A stretch of 62,421 nt of DNA, filler included. It is 6 parts of 6 records of this genome, joined end to end, with 100 filler letters (N's around TTAATTAATTAA, not from the genome) between each part and the next. Parts side by side here need not be neighbours in the genome. Positions count along the whole stretch, not along the records: positions 30,969 to 49,886 come from SRR20825010_3193; positions 49,987 to 53,884 come from SRR20825010_3202; 4 more parts are not named here. One strand, written 5' to 3'. This document shows, piece by piece, positions 41,248 through 52,006 of the stretch. Made by a program: the position numbers and the translations under genes. The notes under the pieces were generated by a model. The model made no database searches. It was not told the origin of the DNA and saw nothing but the letters and a program-made list of their open reading frames with translations. Every line of letters starts with the position of its first letter. The stretch's first letter is position 1.

Positions 41248-42054
41248 ATGGGAACGTTGATCCTCGCGGTCACTTCGTTATTGCTTTACAGCGTAGGTAC
41301 CGCCCTGCAGGCTCTCAGCTTCCGGGGACGGGTACACACCAGCATTGCCATCACCACCCTTATCGGCCTGCTGGCCCTGACAGCACATGGACTGTTGATT
41401 GCCCAGACCGTTCATCGTGAAGGCGGTTTCGATTTCGGCTTCTTCCAGAGCTCTGTCCTTATTTCCTGGCTGATCGCTTTTTTGCTGCTAGCCCTCAACC
41501 TTCGCAAACCGGTACAAAGCCTTTTCCTTGGCGTTTACCCGCTGGCAGCGCTGACCATCATTATGGGTCTGATTACTCACTCCCCTTCCCGATTGGTGCC
41601 GGAAGACCACTACGGCATGCTCTCCCATATCGCACTGTCGGTGACAGCCTACAGCCTGTTTACGCTGGCCGCCATACAGGCGGTGCTGCTTTACCTGCAG
41701 AATCGCCAGCTCAAACAGAACTATAACAGCGTCCTGATACGCAACCTGCCGCCGCTGCAGACCATGGAGTCATTGCTGTTCGAGCTGGTGTGGGCAGGCG
41801 TGGTCATGCTGATTCTGGCCATCGTGACCGGCGCCCTGTTCATTGACGACCTGTTCGCTCAGGATCTGGCCCACAAAACGCTGTTCTCGCTGTTGTCACT
41901 CATCGTCTTCATCGCATTGCTAATCGGACGCTACACGAAGGGCTGGCGCGGCATTACCGCCAGCCGCTGGACACTGGCAGGGTGCGCCCTGTTAATGCTC
42001 GCCTTCTATGGAAGCAAGTTCGTGCTGGAACTGATCTTTCACCGGGGCGGCTGA
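41248..42054 (+). CDS. Cytochrome c assembly-family inner membrane protein (YpjD-like)
   Basis: Multi-TM; LPPLQTME, HKT, GWRG, YGSKFVLE; divergent from ffh. Confidence 0.88.
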   Translation: MGTLILAVTSLLLYSVGTALQALSFRGRVHTSIAITTLIGLLALTAHGLLIAQTVHREGGFDFGFFQSSVLISWLIAFLLLALNLRKPVQSLFLGVYPLAALTIIMGLITHSPSRLVPEDHYGMLSHIALSVTAYSLFTLAAIQAVLLYLQNRQLKQNYNSVLIRNLPPLQTMESLLFELVWAGVVMLILAIVTGALFIDDLFAQDLAHKTLFSLLSLIVFIALLIGRYTKGWRGITASRWTLAGCALLMLAFYGSKFVLELIFHRGG

Positions 42055-42150
42055 CGCTACCATGAATTTCCCCGGACAGACACCAACTTGACACCCCGAC
42101 TTTCAACCACCTATTTTCCCAACTTGTCGGCAACATAAGGACACTCAGTC

Positions 42151-43428
42151 TTGAACGAAACATCGCTTACTGCGCTGTTCATCATCCTGGCAGGACTCAT
42201 CCTGCTTTCCGCCTTCTTCTCCAGCTCTGAAACCGGGATGATGTCACTGAACCGGTACCGGCTGAAGCACATGGCCAAGACCGGCCATAGAGGCGCCCGC
42301 AGAGCCCAGTCTCTCCTCAATCGCACCGACCAGCTGATCGGCGTCATCCTGATCGGCAACAACTTCGTCAACATCTTTGCCTCAGCCATCGCCACGGTGA
42401 TCGCCATCCGCATTTGGGGCGACGCCGGGATTGCCATTGCCACCGTTCTGCTGACCATCGTTATCCTGATTTTTGCGGAAGTCACCCCCAAAACCCTTGC
42501 TGCACTGTTTCCCGAAAAGATTGCCTTTCCAGCCAGCCACGTACTGGGACCGCTGCTCAAATTACTCTATCCCGTGGTTTGGGCGGTTAATCTGTTTACA
42601 GGCGCCATCCTGAAGATCATCGGCGTGTCCGCCGACGATGCCGCCAACGAGCACCTCAGCCGCGAAGAACTGAGAACCCTTGTAAATGAGGCGGGCGCAC
42701 TGATCCCAGCCAAACACAAGGACATGCTGGTTAGCATCCTCGACCTTGAAAAAGTGACCGTGAACGACATCATGGTGCCACGCAACGAGGTGGTCGGCAT
42801 CGATCTGGATGATGACCTGGACACCATCCTGCGCCAACTAAGAAGCAGTCAGCACACTCGCTTGCCGGTGTTCAAGGGGGACATCAACAACATTCAGGGC
42901 GTGCTTCACCTGCGCAACGCCTCAAAACTCCTGCTTCACGATGAAATCAACAAGGCCATGCTGATGCAGCTGTGCCGTGAGCCCTATTTCATTCCGGAAA
43001 GCACACCCCTCAACACCCAACTGATCAACTTTCAGAAGGAGAAACGACGCTTCGGCATCGTTGTTGACGAGTACGGAGAAGTACTCGGCCTGGCGACACT
43101 GGAAGACATTCTTGAGGAGATCGTTGGCGAATTCACCACCGATTACGCCGCCACCAGCCCCGACATCATTCCCCAGGACGACGGCACATACATCATCGAT
43201 GGTACGTCCGCTGTGCGAACCATCAACAAAACCCTTGGCTGGAAGCTACCTATTGATGGCCCCAAAACACTCAACGGCCTCATCACCGAAACCCTGGAAA
43301 ACATCCCGGACACCAACGTGTGCCTGAAGGTGGGCGGGCACCGCGTTGAGGTGCTCCAAATCAAGGACAATGTGGTCAAGGCTGCGATCGTTCACCCCAA
43401 AAAGAAGAAAAAGCGCGCTATGGGCTAG
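42151..43428 (+). CDS. HlyC/CorC (CNNM/DUF21-CBS-CorC) transporter, YfjD/CorB-like
   Basis: SAFFSSSETG, AEVTPKT, CBS pair, VDEYG...LEDILEEIVGE. Confidence 0.92.
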   Translation: MNETSLTALFIILAGLILLSAFFSSSETGMMSLNRYRLKHMAKTGHRGARRAQSLLNRTDQLIGVILIGNNFVNIFASAIATVIAIRIWGDAGIAIATVLLTIVILIFAEVTPKTLAALFPEKIAFPASHVLGPLLKLLYPVVWAVNLFTGAILKIIGVSADDAANEHLSREELRTLVNEAGALIPAKHKDMLVSILDLEKVTVNDIMVPRNEVVGIDLDDDLDTILRQLRSSQHTRLPVFKGDINNIQGVLHLRNASKLLLHDEINKAMLMQLCREPYFIPESTPLNTQLINFQKEKRRFGIVVDEYGEVLGLATLEDILEEIVGEFTTDYAATSPDIIPQDDGTYIIDGTSAVRTINKTLGWKLPIDGPKTLNGLITETLENIPDTNVCLKVGGHRVEVLQIKDNVVKAAIVHPKKKKKRAMG

Positions 43429-43711
43429 ATCATCTGGCTATAACACCTGACTATTTAGAAAGATCAAATTTTAATATTTTTCTTGACCGAAATGCGGTTC
43501 CACCCAAGACTGGAGTCACGCAAAAAATAATAACAACATGCCGTAAGGCATATGATCCGCCGTTCCTTAGGGTGCTTTGGAACATTAGTGGGTTTTGTTA
43601 GCGTTTGGTCATGTTACCGCGTGTTAAAATGCGGTAGATTTAACGTATAAAGAAAAAATACAGCTGTAAGCTCGGTCATGTATCCGGTTGAGGCGTACAC
43701 AGGAGTCGGCC

Positions 43712-45952
43712 ATGAATAAGCAGTCCGGCATACATTATCTCCGCGAGCACCGGGAGGCAGGGAGCTCAAATCCCGTACCTGCGCAGGTGGTTCGCATCCG
43801 CGACACTGTCGTTGCTGGACTGGGGGATTTGTTGCAGGGTGCATTTGATGCAGTTGATGACTCGCTGTTCGAGCTGGCAAACAACGCCAGAAGCAACAAC
43901 GAGCAGAACCGCTATTTCGAGGCCATGCGCGAAATTCGCATCAAGCGGAAGGGTGTAGAGCGTCACTTCCAGAATGCGGTAGCACAACTGTTCGCCAATC
44001 CGCCTCAAAGCGGCAGCGTGGCAGCCGACGAAAGTCTAGCCAGCCAGACCAGCTCAGACAGCCTGTCGCTGGTAGGCGATGACGACCTGGAAGAACAGGT
44101 TGCCCTCAATGCCATGATCACCAAGTCCAAGGTCCACTTTCAGGGTCCCCTGTTACAACTGCAGACACGCTTCAGCGTGGTTTATCCGGGCGCCAGTGAC
44201 GAAGCGCCGGTTAACCCCATGGCGCCGGAACATCTCTGCAGCGCCTTTGTGGAAGCCATCCAGGCGCTGGAAATCCAGATACGCGAACGCCTGATTCTGC
44301 TCAAGCAATTTGATCGTTACGTTGTTTCCAACCTTGGCATGTTGCTGGACGAAGCCAACCGAATCCTCATCCAGGCCGGCGTGATTCCGAATTTCCGCTA
44401 CCACGGCAAGGCTGGTAAACAGCAGAGCAAGACAGCATCCGGCACTCACGCTGACGAAACAGGTGGGAACGCCAGCGCGATGACGGAACCCGCTGCTGCG
44501 GAAAGTCAGCAAGGGCACCATGAAGGCGCCATGTTCGACCAGATCCGGCAGATGCTGGCGCTCCAGCGCGCCAACGCAGGCATTCCGCCGCGGGCATCCG
44601 ACCCCAATATTCATGTCGTTGGGGGAGCGGAACTGGCAAGTCTGCTCGGCTCACTTCCCCAACACCCCCCTGGCGAACAGATTAGCGGCAACCTGAGTGC
44701 CGGCGAGCCGGTGATGGTTGACCTCCATCAGGTTGTCCAACAGTTGCTGGCACAGGCCGGAACGACCAGCGATGGCAAAAAGCCGGCGTTGGCGGAAATG
44801 GACGAGGACCTGATCAACCTCGTGTCCATGTTGTTTGAATTCATTCTCGACGATTACAACCTCTCGGCCCCCGTGCAGGTCCTGATCAGCCGATTACAGA
44901 TCCCCATCCTCAAGGTGGTGATCAAGGACAAGTCATTCTTCAGTAAAGCAACTCACCCAGCCCGCCGCCTGCTGAACTCCCTGGCACGGGCCGGCATTGG
45001 CTGGAGCGAGAGTGACGAGAAAACCCGCGACAAGCTGTACGAGCAGATCCACGCCATTGTCGTTCGCATACTGAACGAATTCGATGGTGACGTAACACTC
45101 TTTGAAACCCTGGGCGATGAGTTCGAACAGTTCCTGGCAAGGGAAAACCGCAAGTCCTCCCTGGTGGAGCAGCGCACCCGGGAATCCGAGCGCGGACGTA
45201 TCAAATCGCAGAAAGCTCAGGAAACCGTCGATCAGTTGCTGCAGAAAAAACTGGCGCGATACAAGCTTCAGGAGCCAGTGCGGAACATCCTGATCAACGG
45301 CTGGAGCCGGGTGATGTTCCTGGCTTACCTGAGGGACGACGTGGAACACCGCTGGCTACAGACTGTCCGCGTGGTGGATGACCTCATTTGGTGCCTGCAT
45401 CCGCATCAGGAAGATGAAGAGCGGGATCAGTGGGTTCGCGTGGTTCCCGGCTTGCTGAAGTCACTCCGGGCCGGGCTTGAAGAGGTTTCCTACAACTCAT
45501 CCAAGCTGGATGAGATGATGGCGGACCTCAAGCACGAGTTAACGGAAGCTTTCCGAGCCAACGCGCTGGCCGAGGCCATGGAGGACTCTCCCGAGCCGGA
45601 GCCCGAAGAAGACATCCCCACGGCTCATCAGACTGCCATCGAGCGCCAACAGGAGCTTGAGGACGCCGCCATCGCCGAATATGTGGCACAGATCGATGCT
45701 ATTGAAATCGGCAATTGGGTGGAGTTCAACCTGGTCAACGGGGCCAGCTTCCGCTGCAAACTGTCCGCCATCATTGAGGAAGCAGACTGCTTTGTTTTCG
45801 TAAATCGCATGGGGCTCAAGGTGATCGAGAAAACCCGCACCGACCTGGCCCATGAGATGCGGCGCGGCCGTCTGACCGTCCTTGAGCAGGGAGCGCTGAT
45901 TGACCGGGCGCTGGACGCAGTCGTGGGCAGCTTGCGGAGCAAGGCAGGTTAA
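43712..45952 (+). CDS. DUF1631-family protein
   Basis: DDSLFELA, LQIPILKV...HPARRLLN, C-terminal IEIGNWVEF...FVNRMGLKV; AGGAG RBS. Confidence 0.8.
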   Translation: MNKQSGIHYLREHREAGSSNPVPAQVVRIRDTVVAGLGDLLQGAFDAVDDSLFELANNARSNNEQNRYFEAMREIRIKRKGVERHFQNAVAQLFANPPQSGSVAADESLASQTSSDSLSLVGDDDLEEQVALNAMITKSKVHFQGPLLQLQTRFSVVYPGASDEAPVNPMAPEHLCSAFVEAIQALEIQIRERLILLKQFDRYVVSNLGMLLDEANRILIQAGVIPNFRYHGKAGKQQSKTASGTHADETGGNASAMTEPAAAESQQGHHEGAMFDQIRQMLALQRANAGIPPRASDPNIHVVGGAELASLLGSLPQHPPGEQISGNLSAGEPVMVDLHQVVQQLLAQAGTTSDGKKPALAEMDEDLINLVSMLFEFILDDYNLSAPVQVLISRLQIPILKVVIKDKSFFSKATHPARRLLNSLARAGIGWSESDEKTRDKLYEQIHAIVVRILNEFDGDVTLFETLGDEFEQFLARENRKSSLVEQRTRESERGRIKSQKAQETVDQLLQKKLARYKLQEPVRNILINGWSRVMFLAYLRDDVEHRWLQTVRVVDDLIWCLHPHQEDEERDQWVRVVPGLLKSLRAGLEEVSYNSSKLDEMMADLKHELTEAFRANALAEAMEDSPEPEPEEDIPTAHQTAIERQQELEDAAIAEYVAQIDAIEIGNWVEFNLVNGASFRCKLSAIIEEADCFVFVNRMGLKVIEKTRTDLAHEMRRGRLTVLEQGALIDRALDAVVGSLRSKAG

Positions 45953-45977
45953 AAGCACTGGGAGCGTCTGAGCAACA

Positions 45978-46772
45978 ATGCTGGAGTATGGCAGTGTTAC
46001 CGGCCTCCCGGACAAATACCGGATCACCCTGGCGATATCGGTTGCCTTACTGCTTCATACCCTGATAATGGCCACCCTTCCCTATACGGCTCCAAGCGCG
46101 GAAAGCCATCGCCAGACGGTGAAAGTGGAACTGGTCAGTCCTGGCAGTATTCCCTTGCTGGAATCCGCCGCCAGCGCGACATCGCCGACTCACACGACAG
46201 CTCCAGACCGCAACACGATCACAACTGAACCAACGTCCACCAGCGACCAGCGTGACCCCGTTGCTGTGGAATCGCCGCAAGCCGACACCAGTCATCCCCG
46301 GCACAAAGAACCAACTGCGCGTTCCGCGCCATCACCACAAACACCCGTGGTGGAGCCCCAATCTCCAGCACGGACAACGCCCTCGCAGGACTCGGCCGCT
46401 ACTGCCGCAGGCAACCCGGAGCAACCGGTGGAGGACACGCCGGAAAAGGTCACTCAGATAACATCGTCGCCACGAGATGTGGACCCCTATACGGCAAGCC
46501 TGGCCGTACACATTGGTAAGGAACTCGGCAAACGACCGGTTCCTTCCAGCCGCAGTGTCACCGAGCCGGTGAGCAGTCAGCTTGAGCTTAAACTACTCCC
46601 AAGCGGAGCACTTACTGGTGCCAAGGTCACCAAATCGACGGGGTTCAACGACATAGACCGAGCGATTTATCAGGCTGCCCTGCTAGCCAGCCCTTATCCA
46701 AAACCACCGGAAGAATACTCAGGAAGGAAGCAATTCCGGGTCGAACTCATTTTCGCCCCGGAACGACTTTAA
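45978..46772 (+). CDS. TonB/TolA-like periplasmic energy-transducer protein
   Basis: N-terminal TM with SxxLH, P/T/S-rich linker, C-terminal KSTGFNDIDRA...ASPYPKPP. Confidence 0.75.
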   Translation: MLEYGSVTGLPDKYRITLAISVALLLHTLIMATLPYTAPSAESHRQTVKVELVSPGSIPLLESAASATSPTHTTAPDRNTITTEPTSTSDQRDPVAVESPQADTSHPRHKEPTARSAPSPQTPVVEPQSPARTTPSQDSAATAAGNPEQPVEDTPEKVTQITSSPRDVDPYTASLAVHIGKELGKRPVPSSRSVTEPVSSQLELKLLPSGALTGAKVTKSTGFNDIDRAIYQAALLASPYPKPPEEYSGRKQFRVELIFAPERL

Positions 46773-46783
46773 ACACGGTTAAC

Positions 46784-47110
46784 TCAGGCTTCTGCCTGTT
46801 TCGCAGCGGCTTTGACCTGCTCGGCCAGCTCACCACTTTCCGACATTTCGAGAATAATGTCGCAGCCGCCTACCAGCTCACCATTGATATAGAGCTGCGG
46901 GTAGGTGGGCCAGCTTGAATAGACCTTGAGGCCTTCACGCAATTCCTGGTTATCAAGAATATTTACAAAGGCGAACCGCTCGCCGCATGCCATCAGCGCC
47001 TGGACGGTCTTCGCTGAGAAACCGCACTGCGGAGCCTGTGGAGTGCCTTTCATATAGAGGATAATGGCGTTTTCCTCAAGCTGGCTCTTGATGGTTTCGT
47101 TGATGTCCAT
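46784..47110 (-). CDS. grxD: Monothiol glutaredoxin Grx4
   Basis: PQCGFS, WPTYPQLY, GGCDI. Confidence 0.96.
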   Translation of the reverse strand: MDINETIKSQLEENAIILYMKGTPQAPQCGFSAKTVQALMACGERFAFVNILDNQELREGLKVYSSWPTYPQLYINGELVGGCDIILEMSESGELAEQVKAAAKQAEA

Positions 47111-47422
47111 GAACTCTCACCTCTCATTGGAAACGGGGTCGCCCGGTTGCGACATGCCTGACACTATTGTACACGTCCCGTGACGCTCACCAAACACCAC
47201 CTGACACCTGCATATGCCCTGGCGTTGTCTTCAGCCCCCTGACGGGCTAGACTTGAGCCCCTGCCTTTCAGGCAACCTCCGTTTCCGTATATCCCGCCAG
47301 TGCGGCTCTCACCGCGTGCTGGCGTATTGCCGTTTCAGGACAATGACCACCGCGGGCCGGTTGTAACCACGAATAGATCCGGATTTCTTGGATAGGGTTA
47401 TCGATTAATTAAGGGCCACTCC

Positions 47423-48337
47423 ATGGCAGCAAGACATTTTCTCACACTCAATGACTTAAGCTCCGACGAGCTTGAAAGTCTGGTCGACCACGGCACTAAA
47501 CTCCGCAACGATTGGCGCCAGGGCGTCGTGCGCGAAACCCTGAAGAATCGTGTCCTGGCAATGATCTTCGAGAAGTCGTCAACCCGTACGCGGGTATCCT
47601 TCGAGGCGGGCATGACCCAGCTCGGTGGCGCTGCTCTGTTTCTCTCTCCCCGTGATACCCAGCTCGGACGAGGAGAACCCATTGAAGACTCCGCCATCGT
47701 GATTTCCAGCATGGTGGACGCTGTCATGATCCGGACGTTTTCCCACGATACCGTCGACGCATTCGCGGCGGCCTCCAGAGTGCCCGTCATCAACGCTCTG
47801 ACAGATGATTTCCATCCTTGCCAGCTGCTGGCCGACATGCAGACGTACCGGGAACATCGCGGCAGCATTCGTGGCGGTACGGTTGCCTGGGTTGGCGATG
47901 GCAACAACATGTGCCAGTCCTACATCAATGCAGCAACGCAGTTCGGCTTTAACCTGCGCGTTGCCTGCCCGGAGGGTTACGAACCTGACAGTGAATTGCT
48001 GAAAACCCATCAGGATCGGGTGTCTGTAGTTCATGATCCGGCTGAAGCCGCCAGAGGTGCTGATCTCCTGGTCACGGATGTCTGGGCCTCCATGGGGCAG
48101 GAAGATGAACAGAAAGCCCGTCAGAGAGTCTTCCAGAACTACCAGATCAATCCCTCGCTGATGAAATTGGCGGACAAGGACGCCCTGTTCATGCACTGCC
48201 TGCCGGCGCACCGTGGCGAGGAGATATCCGCGGACATGATGGAACACCCGCGTTCGGTGGTCTGGGACGAAGCCGAAAACCGCTTGCACGCCCAGAAAGC
48301 GCTGCTGGAATTCCTGATCCTCAATCGACTGGACTGA
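47423..48337 (+). CDS. argF: Ornithine carbamoyltransferase
   Basis: [18 protein letters not shown]. Confidence 0.97.
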   Translation: MAARHFLTLNDLSSDELESLVDHGTKLRNDWRQGVVRETLKNRVLAMIFEKSSTRTRVSFEAGMTQLGGAALFLSPRDTQLGRGEPIEDSAIVISSMVDAVMIRTFSHDTVDAFAAASRVPVINALTDDFHPCQLLADMQTYREHRGSIRGGTVAWVGDGNNMCQSYINAATQFGFNLRVACPEGYEPDSELLKTHQDRVSVVHDPAEAARGADLLVTDVWASMGQEDEQKARQRVFQNYQINPSLMKLADKDALFMHCLPAHRGEEISADMMEHPRSVVWDEAENRLHAQKALLEFLILNRLD

Positions 48338-48341
48338 CCGA

Positions 48342-49412
48342 ATGACCGATAGCCTGGCTCAGCCTGCTGACTGGCTGCTGGAAGTAAACAACCTGTCCTG
48401 CGGGTATGGCGATGGCTCAGTGGTCAGGAACGTCAACTTTGCCCTCAGTCACGGCGATATCGGCTGCCTGCTGGGCCCCAGCGGTTGCGGAAAAAGCACC
48501 ATCCTCAGGGCATTGGCAGGATTTCTTCCCATCAATACCGGTGAGATTTGCCTGCAGTCCAGTTCCATCAGCCTGCCCGGTCGCACTCTCGCCCCTGAGA
48601 AGCGCCGAATCGGCATGGTGTTTCAGGACTACGCCCTGTTCCCACACCTGACAATTGCCGAAAACGTCGGCTTCGGCTTGCGCAGAGAGGATCGCGAGGA
48701 AAAACATCAGAAAGTCACCGAGTTGCTTAAGGTGGTTCATCTGCAGGATCTTGCCGACAACTACCCCCATGAACTGTCGGGTGGGCAGCAACAAAGGGTG
48801 GCGCTTGCCCGTGCCCTGGCACCGGAACCCACGTTGATACTGCTGGACGAGCCGTTCTCTAACCTCGACGCAGATCTGCGCCGCCGACTCAGCCTGGATG
48901 TGCGGGAAATCCTCAAGACACTGGGCATCAGTGCCATCCTGGTCACTCACGATCAACAGGAAGCCTTCGCCATGTGTGATCAGGTGGCGGTTCTGAAAGA
49001 CGGCGGAATACAGCAATGGGACGTGCCCTACAACCTATACCACGAACCCGCCAACCGTTTTGTTGCAGGTTTCGTGGGCCAAGGAGGCTTCGTTCCAGGA
49101 AAAGCGTTGGGGCCGGACACGATTGAGTCCGAGCTGGGGGTCATCCGCGGCAACCGCGCCTACACCTGGCAACCCGGCACGCTGGTCGACGTGCTGATCC
49201 GGCCAGACGACATCGTCTACGATGCCAACTCCGAACTTAAGCCAAAAGTGGTGGAAAAGACCTTTGCCGGGACGTCGACGCTCTATCGCTTTCGCTGCTC
49301 GGAAGACACCGAGTTCGAGGCCCTGTTCCGGAGCCATCTGGACTTTCACCTGGGCGAACACGTGCCAGTCCGGGTGGAGGCAGACCATCTGATCGCCTTC
49401 GAGAGAACCTGA
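48342..49412 (+). CDS. ABC transporter ATP-binding protein (FbpC/PotA-like), orphan
   Basis: GPSGCGKS, LSGGQQQR, LLDEPFSNLD; no permease adjacent. Confidence 0.9.
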   Translation: MTDSLAQPADWLLEVNNLSCGYGDGSVVRNVNFALSHGDIGCLLGPSGCGKSTILRALAGFLPINTGEICLQSSSISLPGRTLAPEKRRIGMVFQDYALFPHLTIAENVGFGLRREDREEKHQKVTELLKVVHLQDLADNYPHELSGGQQQRVALARALAPEPTLILLDEPFSNLDADLRRRLSLDVREILKTLGISAILVTHDQQEAFAMCDQVAVLKDGGIQQWDVPYNLYHEPANRFVAGFVGQGGFVPGKALGPDTIESELGVIRGNRAYTWQPGTLVDVLIRPDDIVYDANSELKPKVVEKTFAGTSTLYRFRCSEDTEFEALFRSHLDFHLGEHVPVRVEADHLIAFERT

Positions 49413-49423
49413 GAGCCCGAGCC

Positions 49424-49886
49424 TCAGTTATTACAAACCCGCTCCACGGAATCCAGCCAGCCGGCGTACAGAGTCTCCCGCAATGCCGGCTTCATAGCCG
49501 CCTCGAAGCGATGTTCCCGCTCCCAGAGTTGTGCTATCTCGTCCAGCCCCTGGTATACACCGGTCTGCAGCCCGGCCAGATAGGCCGCCCCCAGAGCCGT
49601 GGTCTCTGTCACGCGGGGGCGGTCCACTGGCACGTTGAGGATATCCGCCAGAAATTGCATCACCCAGTCGTTGACCACCATGCCACCATCCACCCGCAAT
49701 GCCTGTAGGGACGCACCATCGTTCTGGATGGCGCGGATCAGGTCCTTGGTCTGATAGCACACGGATTGCAGGCCGGCGGTGACGATCTCGCCGATTCCGG
49801 TGTCCCGGGTAAGGCCGAGAATCGCCCCGCGGGCATGGGGGTCCCAGTGGGGCGCACCCAGACCGGTAAAGGCCGGCACCAGGTAC
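49424..49886 (-). CDS. glpK: Glycerol kinase, C-terminal part (5' truncated)
   Basis: [29 protein letters not shown]. Confidence 0.93.
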
Positions 49887-49986
49887 NNNNNNNNNNNNNN
49901 NNNNNNNNNNNNNNNNNNNNNNNNNNNNNNTTAATTAATTAANNNNNNNNNNNNNNNNNNNNNNNNNNNNNNNNNNNNNNNNNNNN
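49887..49986. other. Artificial contig spacer
   Basis: N-run, TTAATTAATTAA, N-run. Confidence 0.99.
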
Positions 49987-49988
49987 GA

Positions 49989-50315
49989 GGAATACAGTGC
50001 ATTGAGGCAGAAAACGGTCAGAAGGCTGTGGAAATTATCCAGGAGCAAGGCGACACCATTGATTTTGTATTGATGGACATCAACATGCCCGTGTTAAACG
50101 GCATTGACGCGACCTTGAAGATTCGAAGTGACCGCCGATACGGCAACCTTGTGGTCTATGCCTTGACGGGTGAAGATGAATCAACCACCACGCACAGCCG
50201 GGATTGGTCGGTGTTCGACAAGGTGCTCAGCAAGCCTTTGAAAATGCCCACGCTTGAAGCCTTGCTGGACACCCACCGCGCTACAAAAGCCCCCGAACCA
50301 TATTCACAGCAATAA
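49989..50315 (+). CDS. Response regulator receiver domain (5' truncated, possibly the end of a hybrid kinase)
   Basis: EAENGQKA, LMDINMPVLNG, ALT, SKP. Confidence 0.85.
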   Translation, partial: GIQCIEAENGQKAVEIIQEQGDTIDFVLMDINMPVLNGIDATLKIRSDRRYGNLVVYALTGEDESTTTHSRDWSVFDKVLSKPLKMPTLEALLDTHRATKAPEPYSQQ

Positions 50316-51096
50316 CAAACAGCACCACTGCAAACACTTTTTTCAACAAATCAGCGGGCAGCACATGCGCGGCTTTGGCACCCAGGGGCGCCACCAATAC
50401 CGACGCTACTACCGTGAACAGCAATGCGGGCAGGTAGACAAAACCCACGCTGCCCACGGGCAAGCCGGGTGCTGTCCAGCCATTGAACACAAACCCGATG
50501 GTCCCACCCACGGCAATTGGAAAACCCATGGCAGACGCGGTGCCAATGGCTTTCTTGATGGGCACATTGCACCAGGCCAGGAACGGCACGGTGAGCGCCC
50601 CGCCCCCCACGGCCACCAGTGATGAGGCAGTGCCAATAAAAGTGGCCACGGAAAACTGCCCCCACTTGCCCGGCAGCAGCCGACCCGGTTTGGGCTTGTA
50701 TTCAGAAACCATTTGAAACGACACGCTGCCCATGAACAGCGCAAAGAAACCCACCAGAAAATTCGATGACACATGCCGCGCCAGAAAGGTGCCAAACAAA
50801 GTGCCCAATAAAATTCCGGGAATGAAATTTTTCACGACATCCCAGCGCACCGCGCCGTGCAAGTGGTGCGACCGAACACTGGAAACGGATGTGAACAGGA
50901 TGGTGGCCATGGAAGTGCCCAGTGCCAGCCTGAACACCCACTGTTCTGGCAACACGGCCAGCTCGAAAGCCCACACCAGCGCAGGCACCAGCACACTGCC
51001 ACCACCCACGCCAAGCAGGCCCGCCAGAAAACCGGCAACGATGCCAATGGCAATGTAGGCCGACACTGCATCCACAGTGAAAATTTCAGCGAACAA
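50281..51096 (-). CDS. TSUP (TauE/SafE) family membrane transporter
   Basis: AGLLGVGGG and AVGGG repeats, GTS motif, about 8 TM segments. Confidence 0.9.
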   Translation of the reverse strand: MFAEIFTVDAVSAYIAIGIVAGFLAGLLGVGGGSVLVPALVWAFELAVLPEQWVFRLALGTSMATILFTSVSSVRSHHLHGAVRWDVVKNFIPGILLGTLFGTFLARHVSSNFLVGFFALFMGSVSFQMVSEYKPKPGRLLPGKWGQFSVATFIGTASSLVAVGGGALTVPFLAWCNVPIKKAIGTASAMGFPIAVGGTIGFVFNGWTAPGLPVGSVGFVYLPALLFTVVASVLVAPLGAKAAHVLPADLLKKVFAVVLFVIAVNMVRGLL

Positions 51097-52006
51097 CGGT
51101 TTCTCCCAGCCAATTCAAAGCGCCTTCCAGGGTTTGAAATTCCGACAGTGAACGTGCCTTCGCATTCGGGAAACGTTCACGCACCATGCGGGTCAAGGTG
51201 TTGCCGGGGCCGATTTCAAAGTACACCCGGGCACCCATTTCGGCGCTCAAATCCAGCGTTCTGGCCCATTGCAATGGCTGTGAAATTTGGCGTGCCAGGC
51301 AATCGATCGCATGGCTTTGCATGTCCACGGGGCTGCCGTCCAGTGCGCTCAGCACAGGGCAATCAAACTGCTCCCAACTGGCTTTTTCAAGCGCGTTGCG
51401 AAAGGCTTCGGTGGCGTCTTTCAGCCAAGGCGTGTGCGAGGGCACTGACACATTCAAATGCACCACATGCGCGCCAAGGTCGCGTTCCATGTTTTTGCAT
51501 ATCGATTTCATCACGGCCGTGCTGCCGGCCAACACCGCATGTTGTTCGTCGTTGACGATGGCAATGTGCAAACCGTGCTTCTGCGCAAGGGCATCCAGTA
51601 TTTCAAGGCGTACACCTTTCACTGCCATCATGCCATGCGCCTGCGGTGCAGCCGCGTCCATACACTTTGCGCGCGCCGTCGCCAATCGCGTTGCATCGCT
51701 GGCGTGCAGGCTTCCCGCCACCACATGGGCGGTCAATTCACCGATGCTGTAACCGGCGCTCAAATCAATTTGAATGCCCTGCGATTTCAAGACCTGCGAC
51801 ACGGCTGCACCTGCAGCCACAATCAAGGGTTGTGCATACGCGTTCAAAAAACAGCGTGATGTGTCTTGCGAAATCGCCAGTGCGTCGAAAGGCATTTCAC
51901 TGATCAACGGTTGTAGATGGGCAGCAATCAACGGCTCGGCCAGCAAGCGCGGCAACATGTCGGTGGATTGGCTGCCCTGCCCCGGGCACAACACGCACAA
52001 GCTCAC
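51086..52006 (-). CDS. mdcH: Malonyl-CoA:ACP transacylase of malonate decarboxylase
   Basis: PGQGSQ, GYSIGE, VPSHTP, EIGPG; mdc context. Confidence 0.88.
   Translation of the reverse strand: MSLCVLCPGQGSQSTDMLPRLLAEPLIAAHLQPLISEMPFDALAISQDTSRCFLNAYAQPLIVAAGAAVSQVLKSQGIQIDLSAGYSIGELTAHVVAGSLHASDATRLATARAKCMDAAAPQAHGMMAVKGVRLEILDALAQKHGLHIAIVNDEQHAVLAGSTAVMKSICKNMERDLGAHVVHLNVSVPSHTPWLKDATEAFRNALEKASWEQFDCPVLSALDGSPVDMQSHAIDCLARQISQPLQWARTLDLSAEMGARVYFEIGPGNTLTRMVRERFPNAKARSLSEFQTLEGALNWLGETVVR

Noticed and set aside
48342..49412. Orphan ABC ATPase after argF as a novel system
   Set aside because: This argF-ATPase-glpK arrangement appears to be ordinary core synteny in Pseudomonadales relatives; partners are likely encoded elsewhere
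50281..50315. Convergent 35-bp overlap of the receiver and TSUP genes as antisense regulation
   Set aside because: Short convergent overlaps are common and nothing else supports it
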